This document shows positions 12,651 to 24,894 of a DNA stretch of 62,166 bases, piece after piece (position 1 is the first letter of the stretch; every line of letters starts with the position of its first letter). The notes under the pieces were generated by a model that saw nothing but the letters and a program-made list of their open reading frames with translations, was not told where the DNA came from and searched no databases. The DNA lies in assembly GCA_030141605.1 (NCBI GenBank), contig JAQGDQ010001110.1, positions 1 through 62,166 of the forward strand, read 5' to 3'. The position numbers and the translations under genes are program-made. The DNA comes from Tubiluchus corallicola (Eukaryota; Animalia; Priapulida).

Positions 12651-12870
12651 AAAATCAGCCAGTCACTCAGTCAGTTCAGTCAAGCAGTGAGTGAGTCAGT
12701 CAGTCAAGCAGTGAGTTAGTTAGTCAGTCAGTCAAGCAGTGAGTGGATCAGTCAGCCCGTCAGTTAATCGCGCTATCTATCCAGTTACTAATAGGCTAAG
12801 AAATCGAAAGCAATTTGGTCAAATTAATTCAGGCAGCTTTAATGAAGCCTTCTTTATTTTTATTTTCCAG

Positions 12871-13008
12871 ATTTGATACGACTATGCTTGGGATTATTTG
12901 GAGCTGGATTTTTCTTGTTCATAATGGCATTTTTTACTGGGTTGTCTGGCTGCTGGAAACGATCCTCTGGCTGTACCGTAAGCACGGGAATCTTGGTGTT
13001 ATTTGGAG
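12871..13008 (+). CDS. Claudin-like protein exon (TM2 and start of TM3)
   Basis: ttccag|AT...GGAG|gtaaat, 138 nt; HLIRLCLGLFGAGFFLFIMAFFTGLSGCWKRSSGCTVSTGILVLFG. Confidence 0.85.
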
Positions 13009-14049
13009 GTAAATTTCTACTACTTCGAGGATAGCGAAGGCATTTTTGCATTGTGTTCTTCACTACACTGCTTCATCTTTATTTCTACATTTGCATGCGC
13101 TAAAATATTTGCGCCATCGTTGATCAATAATGCGTGTTCATTCCACGAAGTGTGTTTATTTTGTTGTGTCACAAGTGCAGCAGGATATGGGAAAGGGTGT
13201 CCTGTGTAAACTGTCATCCAGGGGGTATGAACGTATAGATAAAGTTACTACCCTATTAATCGTCGTTCCATTGTCAATTATACTATACTGAGTACTATGA
13301 AACCGGTTCTCTGTGACTAAATGACTCCTGTCTAACGTCTGATTTGTGTTCTATAAGCTCTAGGCCTTTTAACACAGTCCAATAGCACTAAAACTTAGCT
13401 GCCTAGCAGTAAAATTAAGTTCACAGACGAGTACTGGCACTGTCTCGCTTTGACGTTTTTTTAAGTCACCAGTGAGGTTATATTGCGTTCATTTACCACT
13501 CGTTATAAAATGTATTAACATTCCTAGCGGCAAGACACTAGTAATTTTCCACCAACAACATTTACCCCCTTTTCGAAGCAGACTTCCTGCGTTACCTATA
13601 CGTATCCTTTCATTGTTTTCAGTTCGTAACAAAGGACATATTGTCATTGAATCAAATCACTTATACTAGGTTCCGCCAGAACGTCGGGCTTAAATAATTG
13701 TGGAACAACTCAATCTGTGACATTTTCAGTTAAACTAAAAACATGAACAATTAAACGCCGAGGACAAAAAAAAACAAAAAAATGTAATTTAATCTAGTTA
13801 GAAAATCATTTCTTTGTATTACGCACAAATTTGCTTTAATAAAACACAACAGATATATACAGACTTCTTCTACAGGGGCTGTTTAAAAGCATAACACTCT
13901 AGGCTACTTTGCTTGGGATAGATAAAGGCATAACACTCTAGGTTACTTTACTTAGGATAGATAAGAAATTATTGTATAAATTATAGACATTACTAATTTT
14001 CTGTGTATTAATAGTTGACTGTCACGATACTAAAAAAATTTGCTAGTAA

Positions 14050-14660
14050 TTCTAGTATTGTTCAGTAGTTTCTGGCCCTTGTGAAACATACAGGTATCTG
14101 AGTGCCGTTTTCATTAGTCTTTTGTTAGGTAATGCATTGAAACTTCTAGTCTGTTGTGAGATGGGCATAAACTTCAATGGGCCTTGGTCAGTACTATTGT
14201 ACTATATCTCAGCTCACTGCAATACAGATAAGCTTAACGTTTCATTTACCAGTGCAGATAGAAACCCTCTGTGAATATGATACAGGCAACAGGTTCGAAT
14301 TATCCAGTAGTATGGTACTATAGTTTTGGGCTTGCTGTGGCTCACCATGTGTTACTAGGTACTGGGATGATAGGATTTGTCAGTAGTGTGGTTCTGTTAC
14401 ATTTAGTCTAATATGACACAAGTAGTAGAGTCCACTGCTGTATAATGTGTCAGTAGTATGGATATGTTACATTCAGTCCAATGTGACACATGCTTGCAAC
14501 AAAGTTAACGTCATTGCCAATAGTATTGTTCTGTTGTTTCTGGCCCTTTTGACACGCCTCTATGAACTTATAGCATTTATCAGTAGAGTGGTTGTGTAGA
14601 TTCTAGTCCATTACAAAAACAGTCCTGGAAAAACCATCTTCAGTAATGCGGTAGTACCAA
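14050..14660. repeat. Old, highly diverged tandem repeat (period about 60-75 bp)
   Basis: Recurring CAGTAGT(A/G)TGG...GT(G)ACAC motif near 14305, 14380, 14450, 14518, 14581, 14641. Confidence 0.55.
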
Positions 14661-14831
14661 ATGCTTTTAAAACTGATTTCCTTGGATGTGTTGACCATTT
14701 ACCTAAGGACCGTAGTGCTTTATTTGACCTGTGAGGTCATGTGATACGCTAGTTGAAAATATTTAATATATTTTTCGAATTTAATTTCTAGTACCTGTAC
14801 AGCGACAATAATCTGATGAATTTAATTTCAG

Positions 14832-14935
14832 GTCTGTTTGCAGCAGCAGGTATAGCAGTATTCCACGGGTATGAGTACATGGAAGCGTTCGAGTTGACCA
14901 CAGCAAACTTTGGATTCAAGCGAACGTGGAGCGAG
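14832..14935 (+). CDS. Claudin-like protein exon (end of TM3, extracellular loop 2)
   Basis: tttcag|GT...GAG|gtaacc, 104 nt; GLFAAAGIAVFHGYEYMEAFELTTANFGFKRTWSE. Confidence 0.85.
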
Positions 14936-15375
14936 GTAACCACTTGTAGTAATTTTTACCTGTGAATGTCCATTTATGGAACCAACTTGTGTAGTCTTGC
15001 TAACGTTGTTTTGAAATATAAATCAATTTATTTTGACTAAACAACATTTATAATCAATCCGTGTTTACAGTTCATCTGATTTTGATCAGGCTTCGTAGTG
15101 TGGTCATCTTGCCATGTAAATGCAAATAAAAATTTTAACCATGGTTCGGAGATGTGAGGAAGACGCTTTCATGAAGAGAAAAACGATTTTTTAATCTGAG
15201 GGCGCAGTCTTAATGTAAAAAATGTGTGAATGTCGTTTGTGCAGTTTCAATTAAGCTTTCTAATTTATTTAATTTTTGCAGTCTTATCATTTAATTGTTA
15301 ATGGCTAGTCAGTATCATCAGATCTCTGCAATGAACAATTTAAGTTTTATTGTTACGTTTTGTTTCAACTTACAG

Positions 15376-15720
15376 GAAGTTATTGAGAATACAAAGACAG
15401 AATACTGGTGGTCGTACATGATAGCGTGGATTGGTGTTGGTCTCGTCATCATCGCCGCTTTCTTCTTCTTCGCAGCACATCACGCCATGCAGACCAAGAA
15501 GCACGAGTACCAGAAGCAGAGCCGTTACTTAGTACCCGTCTACCCCATGGAGAAGAGCCTGCCAAGGGGAGGCATGCTACCTCCTCCCCCGGGTATGTAC
15601 TACGCAAAAGGACAGGGACAACCCATGTACGACAATAGACCGGGAACACTCCAGGTTTACCAGAATCAAGCGTTTACGGCTCCACAATATGGCGCTTATT
15701 ATTATCCTCCTCATAAATAA
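15376..15720 (+). CDS. Claudin-like protein last coding exon (TM4 and cytoplasmic tail)
   Basis: ttacag|GAA; YWWSYMIAWIGVGL resembles the claudin/PMP22 Y-G-W-S-(F/Y)-x-L-A-W motif; hydrophobic TM4, then Y/P/G/Q-rich tail to TAA at 15718-15720. Confidence 0.88.
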   Translation, partial: EVIENTKTEYWWSYMIAWIGVGLVIIAAFFFFAAHHAMQTKKHEYQKQSRYLVPVYPMEKSLPRGGMLPPPPGMYYAKGQGQPMYDNRPGTLQVYQNQAFTAPQYGAYYYPPHK

Positions 15721-16800
15721 TGGGAATGTTAGAGCAAATTTTCAATTAATATAAATTATGAGTTGCAGTACAACCGTCCTTTAAGTAGAAAATTATTAAG
15801 TTTTATATTGTAGTTTAGTAATGGCCCTGCGTGCAGCTTGGTTTTGTGTACTGTATGGTGTTGTGCTTTTTCTATTTTTATACGTGCATCAAGCTGGTGC
15901 TGTATTTGGCCTACTTGCTATGGTATTCAAATTTACAATTTTTACTGTAGCACATTTTGAACCGTGGATATTATAGCTGGCAAACGTAGTAAGCTATGAC
16001 TACTGCTTACTGAAAGCATATCTTCTTGACGTTCTATGCCAGTGTGAAGTAGTCGAGAACCAATACAGTATATAATGTAATTATAAAACGTGTGGCCTCT
16101 TCTGAAACATTGCAGCAGTCACTTGGTTTAAAAAAGTCGGAGAACCAGTCTACAAGATAATGGACCCGTAAGTGCTAATAACGTGCAAAAAGAGCCAATT
16201 GTGTCCTTAGCATTTCACACACTGACTGAATTTCATTACTGTAGATTATATTAATTTCTTGAACAAATAAGGACCCTTCAATAATTTGGCACGAATTTCG
16301 TAGGAATTCATGGGAAGAAATCATTTGGAGCTCTGAAACTATTATTATAAGTAGGCCTACATTGTCTAGTTTTATCAGTCTCCAAGATTTTTCCGTTATA
16401 AACTTGATCTGTATGAAGCAACCTACAGCACACATATAAATAAGACATTGTTCCAAACATATCACACAAAATTCGTGCATATAATTGCAAATAACAATTG
16501 TAGTTACGACGATTTTTTGGATAGTACATTTGACCCATATGTCAACTGTGAATTGGTTATTATTGGTGAATAAAATAGGTCAATAGTCTCGTTATCTGAC
16601 ACTTTACATTGAGATTAGGAATTTTTTATTGTGACAGTCAACGATGTATAGTTTTGAACAATTTTATAGCAATATATCATCACAGATGACAATAGATTTA
16701 GAATTTGACAAACCTGAGTGTCATTGACTTAGTAGCGTAACTTCAAAAACTCTAGATAATAAGAACGCTCACACATGCAGTATGGAACTACCTGCGTTAG

Positions 16801-17363
16801 TATAGGTTTTACACGTCAAATGTAGACACAGGAAAGTTCAAATGTGACTTAGGTAAGTCAAATGTAGACATAGGAATTTCGAATGTGTTTTGGTAACTCA
16901 AATGTGACTTAGGTAAGTCAAATGTAGACATAGGAATTTCGAATGTGTTTTGGTAACTCAAATGTGACTTAGGAAAGTCAAATGCAGATGCATTACTTTG
17001 AATAAATCGGTAATTAAGTTATTTAAGTGCAAATTAGAAAAAGATAAACCAAAAATAGTGCATCTATTAGTAAGCCTATAACATTGTAATTTTAACTTAG
17101 GAGCAATTATTAAATTGAAATTAAAGAAGATTAAATTTAACATCCTTAAACTTTACCAGCTATCCACATTTGAGATACCAATGTCACATTTGACTTGACA
17201 TGTGTCTACATTTGACTTACCAAAAGCGCTCAAGATTTGTTGAACACCATTGTTAACACATTTGAACTACCTAAGTCTACATTTGAGTTACCAAGACACA
17301 TTTGAATTACCTAAATGTACATTTGAGTTAACGCAGGTCTACATTTGACATGTAAAACCTATA
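16801..17363. mobile_element. Foldback-like MITE family D, copy 1
   Basis: TIR TATAGGTTTTACACGTCAAATGTAGAC...GTCTACATTTGACATGTAAAACCTATA; arms built of GTCAAATGT subrepeats; second copy at 58790-59100. Confidence 0.9.
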
Positions 17364-18159
17364 GAATATTGGGCACAATCTGGTCATCAAAATGAATTTC
17401 ATTGTAGGCTCTGGTTGTAATTGGACTGATTTTACTAAAATGGACGCAATGCTTAAGTAGCAAGAAGTTATCAAGCAATATTTCTAATTAGTACAAACAC
17501 AAATAAACCCATCGTAAACTGTTATAAATAAAGTGGCCAGACGATGTCAGTATTTTACTATATTTTCTTTCCTAAAAGCAGTCATTACACTAATGAATTT
17601 TGATCTATGCTTTCGTTCTTTATATGTGCAATTTATTATTATTTGTACATAAGTATACTGTTTCTTTCTCAAATTTTTCAGCATACATTCATTTGTACAA
17701 ATGTTTTACATGATTGTAAATAGTTCTATTGTTAAAATATGGCGCATAATGTTGAGCATCTACGTTCGTCACTATAGCGTATCGGCATGTAAATATTTTT
17801 TTATCTGCTAACATTTTTAACTTATGTAATTACTGTGGTGATAGCTGATATTTTGTCATGCAGGAATTGTAAATTTTTGTATAGGCCTCTCTATGTGACC
17901 GTCGTAGGTTATTGTTGTTCATAACATATTCTATAGGCGCTATTGTTAGCAGTGCGTATAATCATTGTTATTGTCATCACTCTTTCATGATAAGAATACA
18001 ACAAATCATTTTTTGCATTATACAATAATTGCTTGTACAGTGACTTGTTATTTGGTCTCTTCTTAGGTTACGGTAAATAAAAATAAAATTTTATATTATT
18101 TTTATATCAGTTGAGTTTTTCTCTTATTCTCAGCACGTCTGTGTTTTCACGAGTATCAG

Positions 18160-18773
18160 AAAGCCTTATTTTAACACACCTAAGAGTTACACCACAAGTT
18201 ACACTACAATACAAGTAAATATTCTGCCACCTTTTTAAGAAACTCCATGAAAATCCCGATACTAGAAGCCCACAGAGATTATCAAACTCTCCTGTTTCTC
18301 TATAAATATATCAACAATATTAATTCTCCTTTCAAAAACAATAAGCTCCCACTTCTTAAAAACCCCAGTACGAATAACAGAACACTAAATTTAAGAAACA
18401 TTAGAACGAACAACCCATATGGAAACAATTCCATTACTAAACAAGCTATACAACTTTGGAATTCATTACCGACATCACTAAAACACAGCAGCTCTTTATC
18501 AATATTCAAGTCTAAATTAAAAAAAAACATTTAATGACTCGTTTTGAATATCCGACATACGAACACGATGATACTTACCCAAATCATAATTTCATTTTTC
18601 TTAGACCTTACTAAACTAGTTTATATTTTATTTTTGAATTTCTAGTTGCACTTATAGTTTAGCTTGCACCAGACGCATTTGCCCAGAACAGTGTATGTTT
18701 TTATATGAACTAACACTGATTGTCTGTCTTTTATTATGATGGTCAATGTTTTCAAAATGGCAAATAAAGATTT

Positions 18774-18870
<97 letters not shown>
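18160..18870 (+). mobile_element. 5'-truncated LINE (CR1/L2-like group): ORF2 C-terminus, 3' UTR and (TAC)n tail
   Basis: ORF ...QAIQLWNSLPTSLKHSSSLSIFKSKLK typical of CR1/L2 ORF2 ends; AATAAA at about 18762, then about 32 TAC units (18774-18870). Confidence 0.85.
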
Positions 18871-18871
<1 letters not shown>

Positions 18872-19074
18872 TACCCTACGAATCGTTCATTAGTGATCTA
18901 AATTACAGACAGAAAAAATTAAGCTTTGTTACAAGCATTTTGTTACTCGAGGATAGAGTATCACAAAAAGAAAATTCAACGTTGAAAATGAGCACAATTA
19001 TATTTACAACTACGATACCCAAAATGGAATCTCTGTTGTTCCTAGTAATACAAATACCAACACCCAAAACATAA

Positions 19075-19449
19075 CTGTAGCGTATTCACTGTGTTGTACT
19101 AAAACTAGGCAAGTTTTAAGATAAAAATTCAAATTTGCCGCTGTGCCACGTATGAGCTGTCGAACGTGTGCAGTTCGTCACAAACTAACACATCTGAACT
19201 GAGAGGTAAAGTACCTGTTTATGTGTAATGTGCATCCGAAATTCAGACGCTAGTGTCGGTCTAACTAGAGATCGGGGAAATACATGTAACAGCGAAAACG
19301 GGTGGCGCGAACGTGAAATTGTGTTTGTGTGGTAATACATGTAATTCTTTTACGTAAGTCATTTTTGAAACAATAGTATGTTCCCTTTCAATCTTTTAAA
19401 GAGTAGATTGGTTTGACCTACAGTTTAACTTTGGGTCCGGTTTTGCTTT
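19075..19449 (+). mobile_element. Interspersed repeat family B, copy 2
   Basis: Homologous to 6001-6349 and 54195-54583. Confidence 0.75.
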
Positions 19450-19450
19450 T

Positions 19451-19980
19451 ACCACTGGCGAACTGTACTGCTGGCGGTTTGTACCACTGGTGAACTGTAC
19501 TACTGGCGGTTTGTACCACTGGTGAACTGTACTACTGGCCGTTTGTACCACTGGTGAACTGTACTACTGGCCGTTTGTACCACTGGCGAACTGTACTACT
19601 GGCGGTTTGTACCACTGGTGAACTGTACTACTGGCCGTTTGTACCACTGGTGAACTGTACTACTGGCGGTTTGTACCACTGGCGAACTGTACTGCTGGCG
19701 GTTTGTACCACTGGCGAACTGTACTGATGGCGGTTTGTACCACTGGTGAACTGTACTACTGGCGGTTTGTACCACTGGCGAACTGTACTGATGGCGGTTT
19801 GTACCACTGGTGAACTGTACCACTGGTGAACTGTACTACTGGCGGTTTGTACCACTGGCGAACTGTACTGCTGGCGGTTTGTACCACTGGCGAACTGTAC
19901 TGCTGGCGGTTTGTACCACTGGCGAACTGTACTACTGGCGGTTTGTACCACTGGTGAACTGTACTACTGGCGGTTACTAC
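19451..19980. repeat. 32-bp minisatellite, about 16 copies
   Basis: Unit TTTGTACCACTGG(T/C)GAACTGTACTACTGGCGG. Confidence 0.95.
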
Positions 19981-20763
19981 TGTACTACTAACCAAAATTT
20001 ACTGAGTTTGGTTTCTTAAAAAGGCTTCACCAATGCCAATTAACGCCTCCTATTAATGAAAAATCAAGTGACGGCCGAGTGATTAATGGCACTAATAAAT
20101 CCACTTGTTTCTTAACTGAGCTGACATCAAGCAGACAACTATTGGCTGATCCAATTACTTTCAGCGCTCCCGTTGCCACATCTAAACTCTGGCAATTTAG
20201 ATGACTTACTTGGTATATTTAAATTAAAATTTGATTTATTTAAGTTAACACAATTAACAGATGATTTTTAGATTTAACAATAGATGAGCTATTATCTACA
20301 TAATGTGTGTTTGTCAACTTATACGTTACTAAAGTAAACGACATTAGATTATGTAAATTTGGGCAGACCAAGAAGGAAGCAGCTTATAGAGACCAACCAG
20401 ACAGTAATGTGGTAGTTACTAAGAACATAATATAATTATGGCAATGTGCGACTACATTTTGTAAACATTCAAAGTTTTATGGTTTGTACATTAATAGTAA
20501 GTTAGTACAACAAATGGAGAACAAGTGTAATGGTTATTTCTCCTGTTCCAAGGTGTACAGCACACTGGTATTTGACCTCAATAATATGTAAATTGTTACT
20601 GATATTGTGTTATTTTATTATTGTGTGCTATAATTTTATTTTTGTACTGTTGTACTGGATGTGAAAAACAAAAATAAATTACATTACAATTGCACAAACC
20701 CACGATTAATTAAAATTTTATACCAAACCTGAAAGACAGTGTATGTGAAAAATTTATTGTGCA

Positions 20764-20833
20764 AACTGGATTTGAACCACAGGCCTTCTGCTTACATTAC
20801 TAACGCTTTAACCGCTAGGCAACCGCATCTCCT
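20764..20833 (-). mobile_element. tRNA-derived SINE head or tRNA pseudogene
   Basis: Minus strand has an A-box-like TTGCCTAGCGG and B-box GGTTCAAATCC about 33 nt apart; no complete cloverleaf. Confidence 0.55.
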
Positions 20834-22168
20834 AGTACAAAATTCATGCTTGGGCAATGAAATTCGGCATTTACAGTATTATTTAGAATTTTATCGCTTA
20901 CACTAGGGCAATTCTAACAAATTTATTAATTTTTTTCTTGGTTACACTGAATGACACTTTTATATCGTAACTATGTGTTTAGCAGTGATTTGTAGTGCGA
21001 AAATGACATTGCATTCTCCGCTTGATGCAGAGTATCAACGGTTACTTCTTCTACAAAGTATGAAATCTTAACTAACTAATCTTAATTAATCTTAGCTTGA
21101 AATCTACAAACTATGGCCTTAAAGAATGAACTATATCTAAATCTAAATATATATGAGTATGTTGATGTCATGTATTGATAATACTGTGTATGAATACCAT
21201 AGCAGTGCGGATGGTTAGTTGTTGTTCGGTTTATGGCCGCGAGGCATAATAGATTAAACTCTTATTAGATAAACGAAGCCCATTTTGTGTTTAAAATAAT
21301 AAAGAATTACAAATATAACAGTTATGTACAATCATTTCATTACTCAAGGATAAAAATATCACAAAAACAAATAATTTAACTTTGAAAATGAGCGTATATT
21401 TACAAATATGATACAAAATGTGATCTCTGTTGTTTCTAGTAATACAAATACCAACAAACCAAAACGTAACATAACAGTAGTAGTAAAGAAGGCGTATGGA
21501 AATATGTAAGCAACAATTATTTAAAACCTATATAAGTTTTTAGTATGGCACAATATCAAAAGAGCATCCTGAATTTTCAAAAACATCTTCCTTCATCCTT
21601 CATTGTTTATCCTTATTCAGAACATTAAATAAGTAAGAAGCAGTTAAGTAAAATTATTGCATTATTCTCTCGATGAATACATTTATCTACAAAATTTAAT
21701 ATTTAAGCTTCAATATAATAATAAAAATAATTAAACTTTACTTTGTAATTCATAAATAATCACGGGTCAAAACACCTGGGTAAAAAAGATTACAATAATT
21801 ATTATTATCGTCACTATTACAATGTCATAGTTAAAAAATGCCAAATGAAACATTATCGCTGTGCCAAATCTTTCATTACAATTACATATTATCTGCGAAC
21901 TACAAAAGTGATAAAAAAGTACTACAAAATTTATGTAATAAGTCTCACAAAACAAAATGCACTTGCCATTAAATTAAGTGTCGATAGTAGCTTAAGAATC
22001 TCTATGACGTAAACAATTATATACAAAGTTAGAAAACTAAAAAAATCTACAAATATTAGCTATAAAAAATAATAATCTTACAATTCGTTGCCTATAAATT
22101 AACACCGTAACATTTTAACACTCTCTGTAACATTGGTAAGACTTATGAAGAAGGAAGTTTCCCAGATA

Positions 22169-22192
22169 TCAGCAACTGGTTGATCTTTGCTC
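22169..22192 (-). CDS. dachs: Probable terminal coding exon of dachs (EQRSTSC*)
   Basis: Strong acceptor on the minus strand (ctaac branch site, T-rich tract, tag) in phase 0; TGA at 22169-22171, followed by AT-rich UTR-like sequence. Confidence 0.6.
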   Translation of the reverse strand, partial: EQRSTSC

Positions 22193-22346
22193 CTAGAAAA
22201 AATTTTAAAAAGTCGTTAGAAATAATCAGGATGGGAAACATTTCAATTTCTCACAGAAGAAGAAGAGCAAAGTTACTGGCAGGAATAAACAAACCATTAA
22301 AATGCATACATGGAGAGATTATAATGACAGAAATTCTAAAGCTTAA

Positions 22347-23022
22347 AGCACAAGAAAACCCTTCATAAACATAAAGCTTGAAAAATTCGTTTTGAAATTT
22401 TATATCGCTTACATACTCCCTTTTTGCATGCAGGACTTCAATCGGCAGTCACGCTGTATAAAACATGTAAATTTAAACTCCTGCGATGACCGTTAGACGC
22501 AGCCATTTTCACGACAGGTCATTTGAAACAAGTTTAGATAACATTTTGTAAAGTTTGAAAAAATAATCAGAGCATTCGTAGAGCTCAAGTCACTAACTAA
22601 ATACAATTTAAAATAACTGCATCTTGTCAATAAGATTAAAAATACATTTTTTGGTTAGTAAGTGGTGCATCCTGGAGGGTGAGTCAGCGACATTTTACCA
22701 ATTGGTGAAAACATTTTAAATAATTAATAATTTTCTTTTGTAGTTACATAAGTCTTTCTAAGCAAAAATCTAAGTAATATAGATTCGCACGGAAAGTCTT
22801 TTGAGATATAATTTAACATTGCTTTTTCTTCCCTTGATTTACGTTTAGTACATGACGTCATGTAATGGCGACTTCGGAACAGTATTGCGGGAGATTTAAA
22901 ATGAAAACAAACTAAAATTCCTTTCAACGCGAGTAAGATATACGCTTAAAATTGCTATAAAGTAGTATAATTTTTTAAGGCGATTTTTCTGAAACCTACT
23001 TCGAGTACCCCTTTTCTTGTCT
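22347..23022 (+). mobile_element. MITE family A (TTAA-flanked, Kolobok-like), full copy in the last dachs intron
   Basis: TTAA|AGCACAAGAAAA...TTTTCTTGTCT|TTAT; closely similar along its length to 59490-60141. Confidence 0.85.
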
Positions 23023-23446
23023 TTATCAATAACGAAATGAGAGTTAACAAACGTTGGCATTAGTTCAACTTAAGTAACAGGCAAGGCAGAATATACATTT
23101 AGGCATAGTAGGCCAATGGCCTAGGACCCAAGGGTACCTGGGGACCCACTGAAACTAGTTTGTTGTGCAGCATGCCAGCGTATAATCTTGTTTCAAGTGT
23201 ATACTAGGTATTTCTTTATATAATACATACAAAATCATAAAGGCCTGTGTACAATAAGTATAAGGTGCAGAGTATAGGGCTACGTACAACAGGTATAGGC
23301 CAGGAACATGGGCCACTTGAAATTTGGGGCCCTCCTGATGAATTTGGGCTAAATGAAGTCAGCGACAGCAACAACTACAATCATCTTAGTCTTCGCAAGT
23401 TGTTTCATTTCGGACTGATTCAGAAAATCACTGAGGAGGTACTTAC

Positions 23447-23586
23447 CGATGGCAAGGTCATATAACTGAAAGGCACATCGATTCGGTGACCCCTATGTTC
23501 AATGGTGAGATGACCGGCTTTTGCTGACTTTGCAATGACCTTCACCTCTTCTCCTTTTAATAGAGTGCGCTCAGCCCTGCCATCTT
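23447..23586 (-). CDS. dachs: Dachs exon: SH3-like domain
   Basis: 140 nt, donor gtaagt; EDGRAERTLLKGEEVKVIAKSAKAGHLTIEHRGHRIDVPFSYMTLPS. Confidence 0.88.
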
Positions 23587-24055
23587 CTGGACAAGAAATG
23601 AAACGCTAGTAAAGGCCTGCTTTTACACGGAATAATATTTTGATCAGGTATCGAGAGTTAACGATTAACTGTTAAAAGATAACTACATATTTGCTAACAA
23701 ACATTTAATTCAATTTGGATTTATTGTTAAAGCAGAACTACAAATTTGATGACAAACATTCAATTCAAGTTGGATCAATTCCATCTTAAGACAATGGGGA
23801 AATTGAAAAAATAAAATCATTTGCCTAGAAGGCATACTATATGTTCTTGATATTAAATGTTCTATTGTCTTTGGAAAGAAGCCTGACGAACCCTATTACT
23901 TTACTGAACTCTCATCCAATTGCCATCAGATAACCAAGTGATTACACACACACATGCAGTCAATTTATCATGTAGTTGGACACTGGATGACTAATGTTCC
24001 CAGCATATCAGGACTTACTAATAAATGAACGATATAAAAAATGAGTAACACCAAC

Positions 24056-24155
24056 CTTGGAAATTGTTGAGCATAATTCTCACGTGAGGAAAACCGACTT
24101 TTGCATTACCTGCTACTGTGTAGGGTCTTCTGGCAGGTATGGGTGGTGGTAACTC
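24056..24155 (-). CDS. dachs: Dachs exon: PxxP motif and start of SH3-like tail
   Basis: 100 nt; ELPPPIPARRPYTVAGNAKVGFPHVRIMLNNFQ. Confidence 0.88.
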
Positions 24156-24894
24156 CTGAAAGTGTTAGAAAACGACATAAAGTACCAGCTGACAAGAAAA
24201 ATTTTAACACTGATAAATTTAATGTTAATAAAGACAAATACTTTCATGCTGAATATTAATGTTTCCATCATGCCACTTAAATTTAAAGTAAAACACTGCG
24301 TTTTTTGAAATCTTATCCCATTTTGACATATGGTAAAAAGCTTACATTTTTGGAACTACTACACTGCCAAAATGTTTCTGATAATTAACAAAACCTTGGA
24401 GCAAAATTAAATAGTGGCCAATCATAGCAGAAACTTAAAGTAAATGAAATTTAAACTCCAAGTTAACATCTGTGGTTTCACGAATGTGTGCCATGTCACA
24501 ATTGAAAAATGTCATTATGATCATGTACAGCACCTATTTTCTCGTGCAAAATGTTTTCGAGATTCAGGAGTTGTTGTCCATCTAATTCGATATGTGTGTA
24601 AGCCAAAATATAATCGCATGAACTTGAAATTAAGCTTCTTTGAGATAATAATTCTTTCATGTAAATCATTCTTAAGATTTTCCTTATCAATATTTTATAC
24701 GTTAGATTGTTTAGCACCATGACTTAACAAGGGGTCGGTCCTGATTTCCTTTAAGTAAACAAGGGCTTAGGAAAGTAGACATTAGAGATCACACACTGAA
24801 CAAGAGAACGTTTTAAATACGTGCAATGTTTAAATTGTCAGTAGTTATTATGGTTAATTTTGACTTTAACAGTTGCAGCAGTGGAGATGCATAC

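Noticed and set aside
18736-19074. Poly-Thr ORF
   Set aside because: (TAC)n tail of a LINE
19451-19980. CRISPR-like array of about 32-bp units (also considered for 26792-27705 and 29507-29850)
   Set aside because: Head-to-tail repeats without unique spacers, no cas genes, eukaryotic intron-exon context
20764-20833. Functional tRNA gene
   Set aside because: A and B boxes are present, but I could not form a proper acceptor stem; better read as a SINE head
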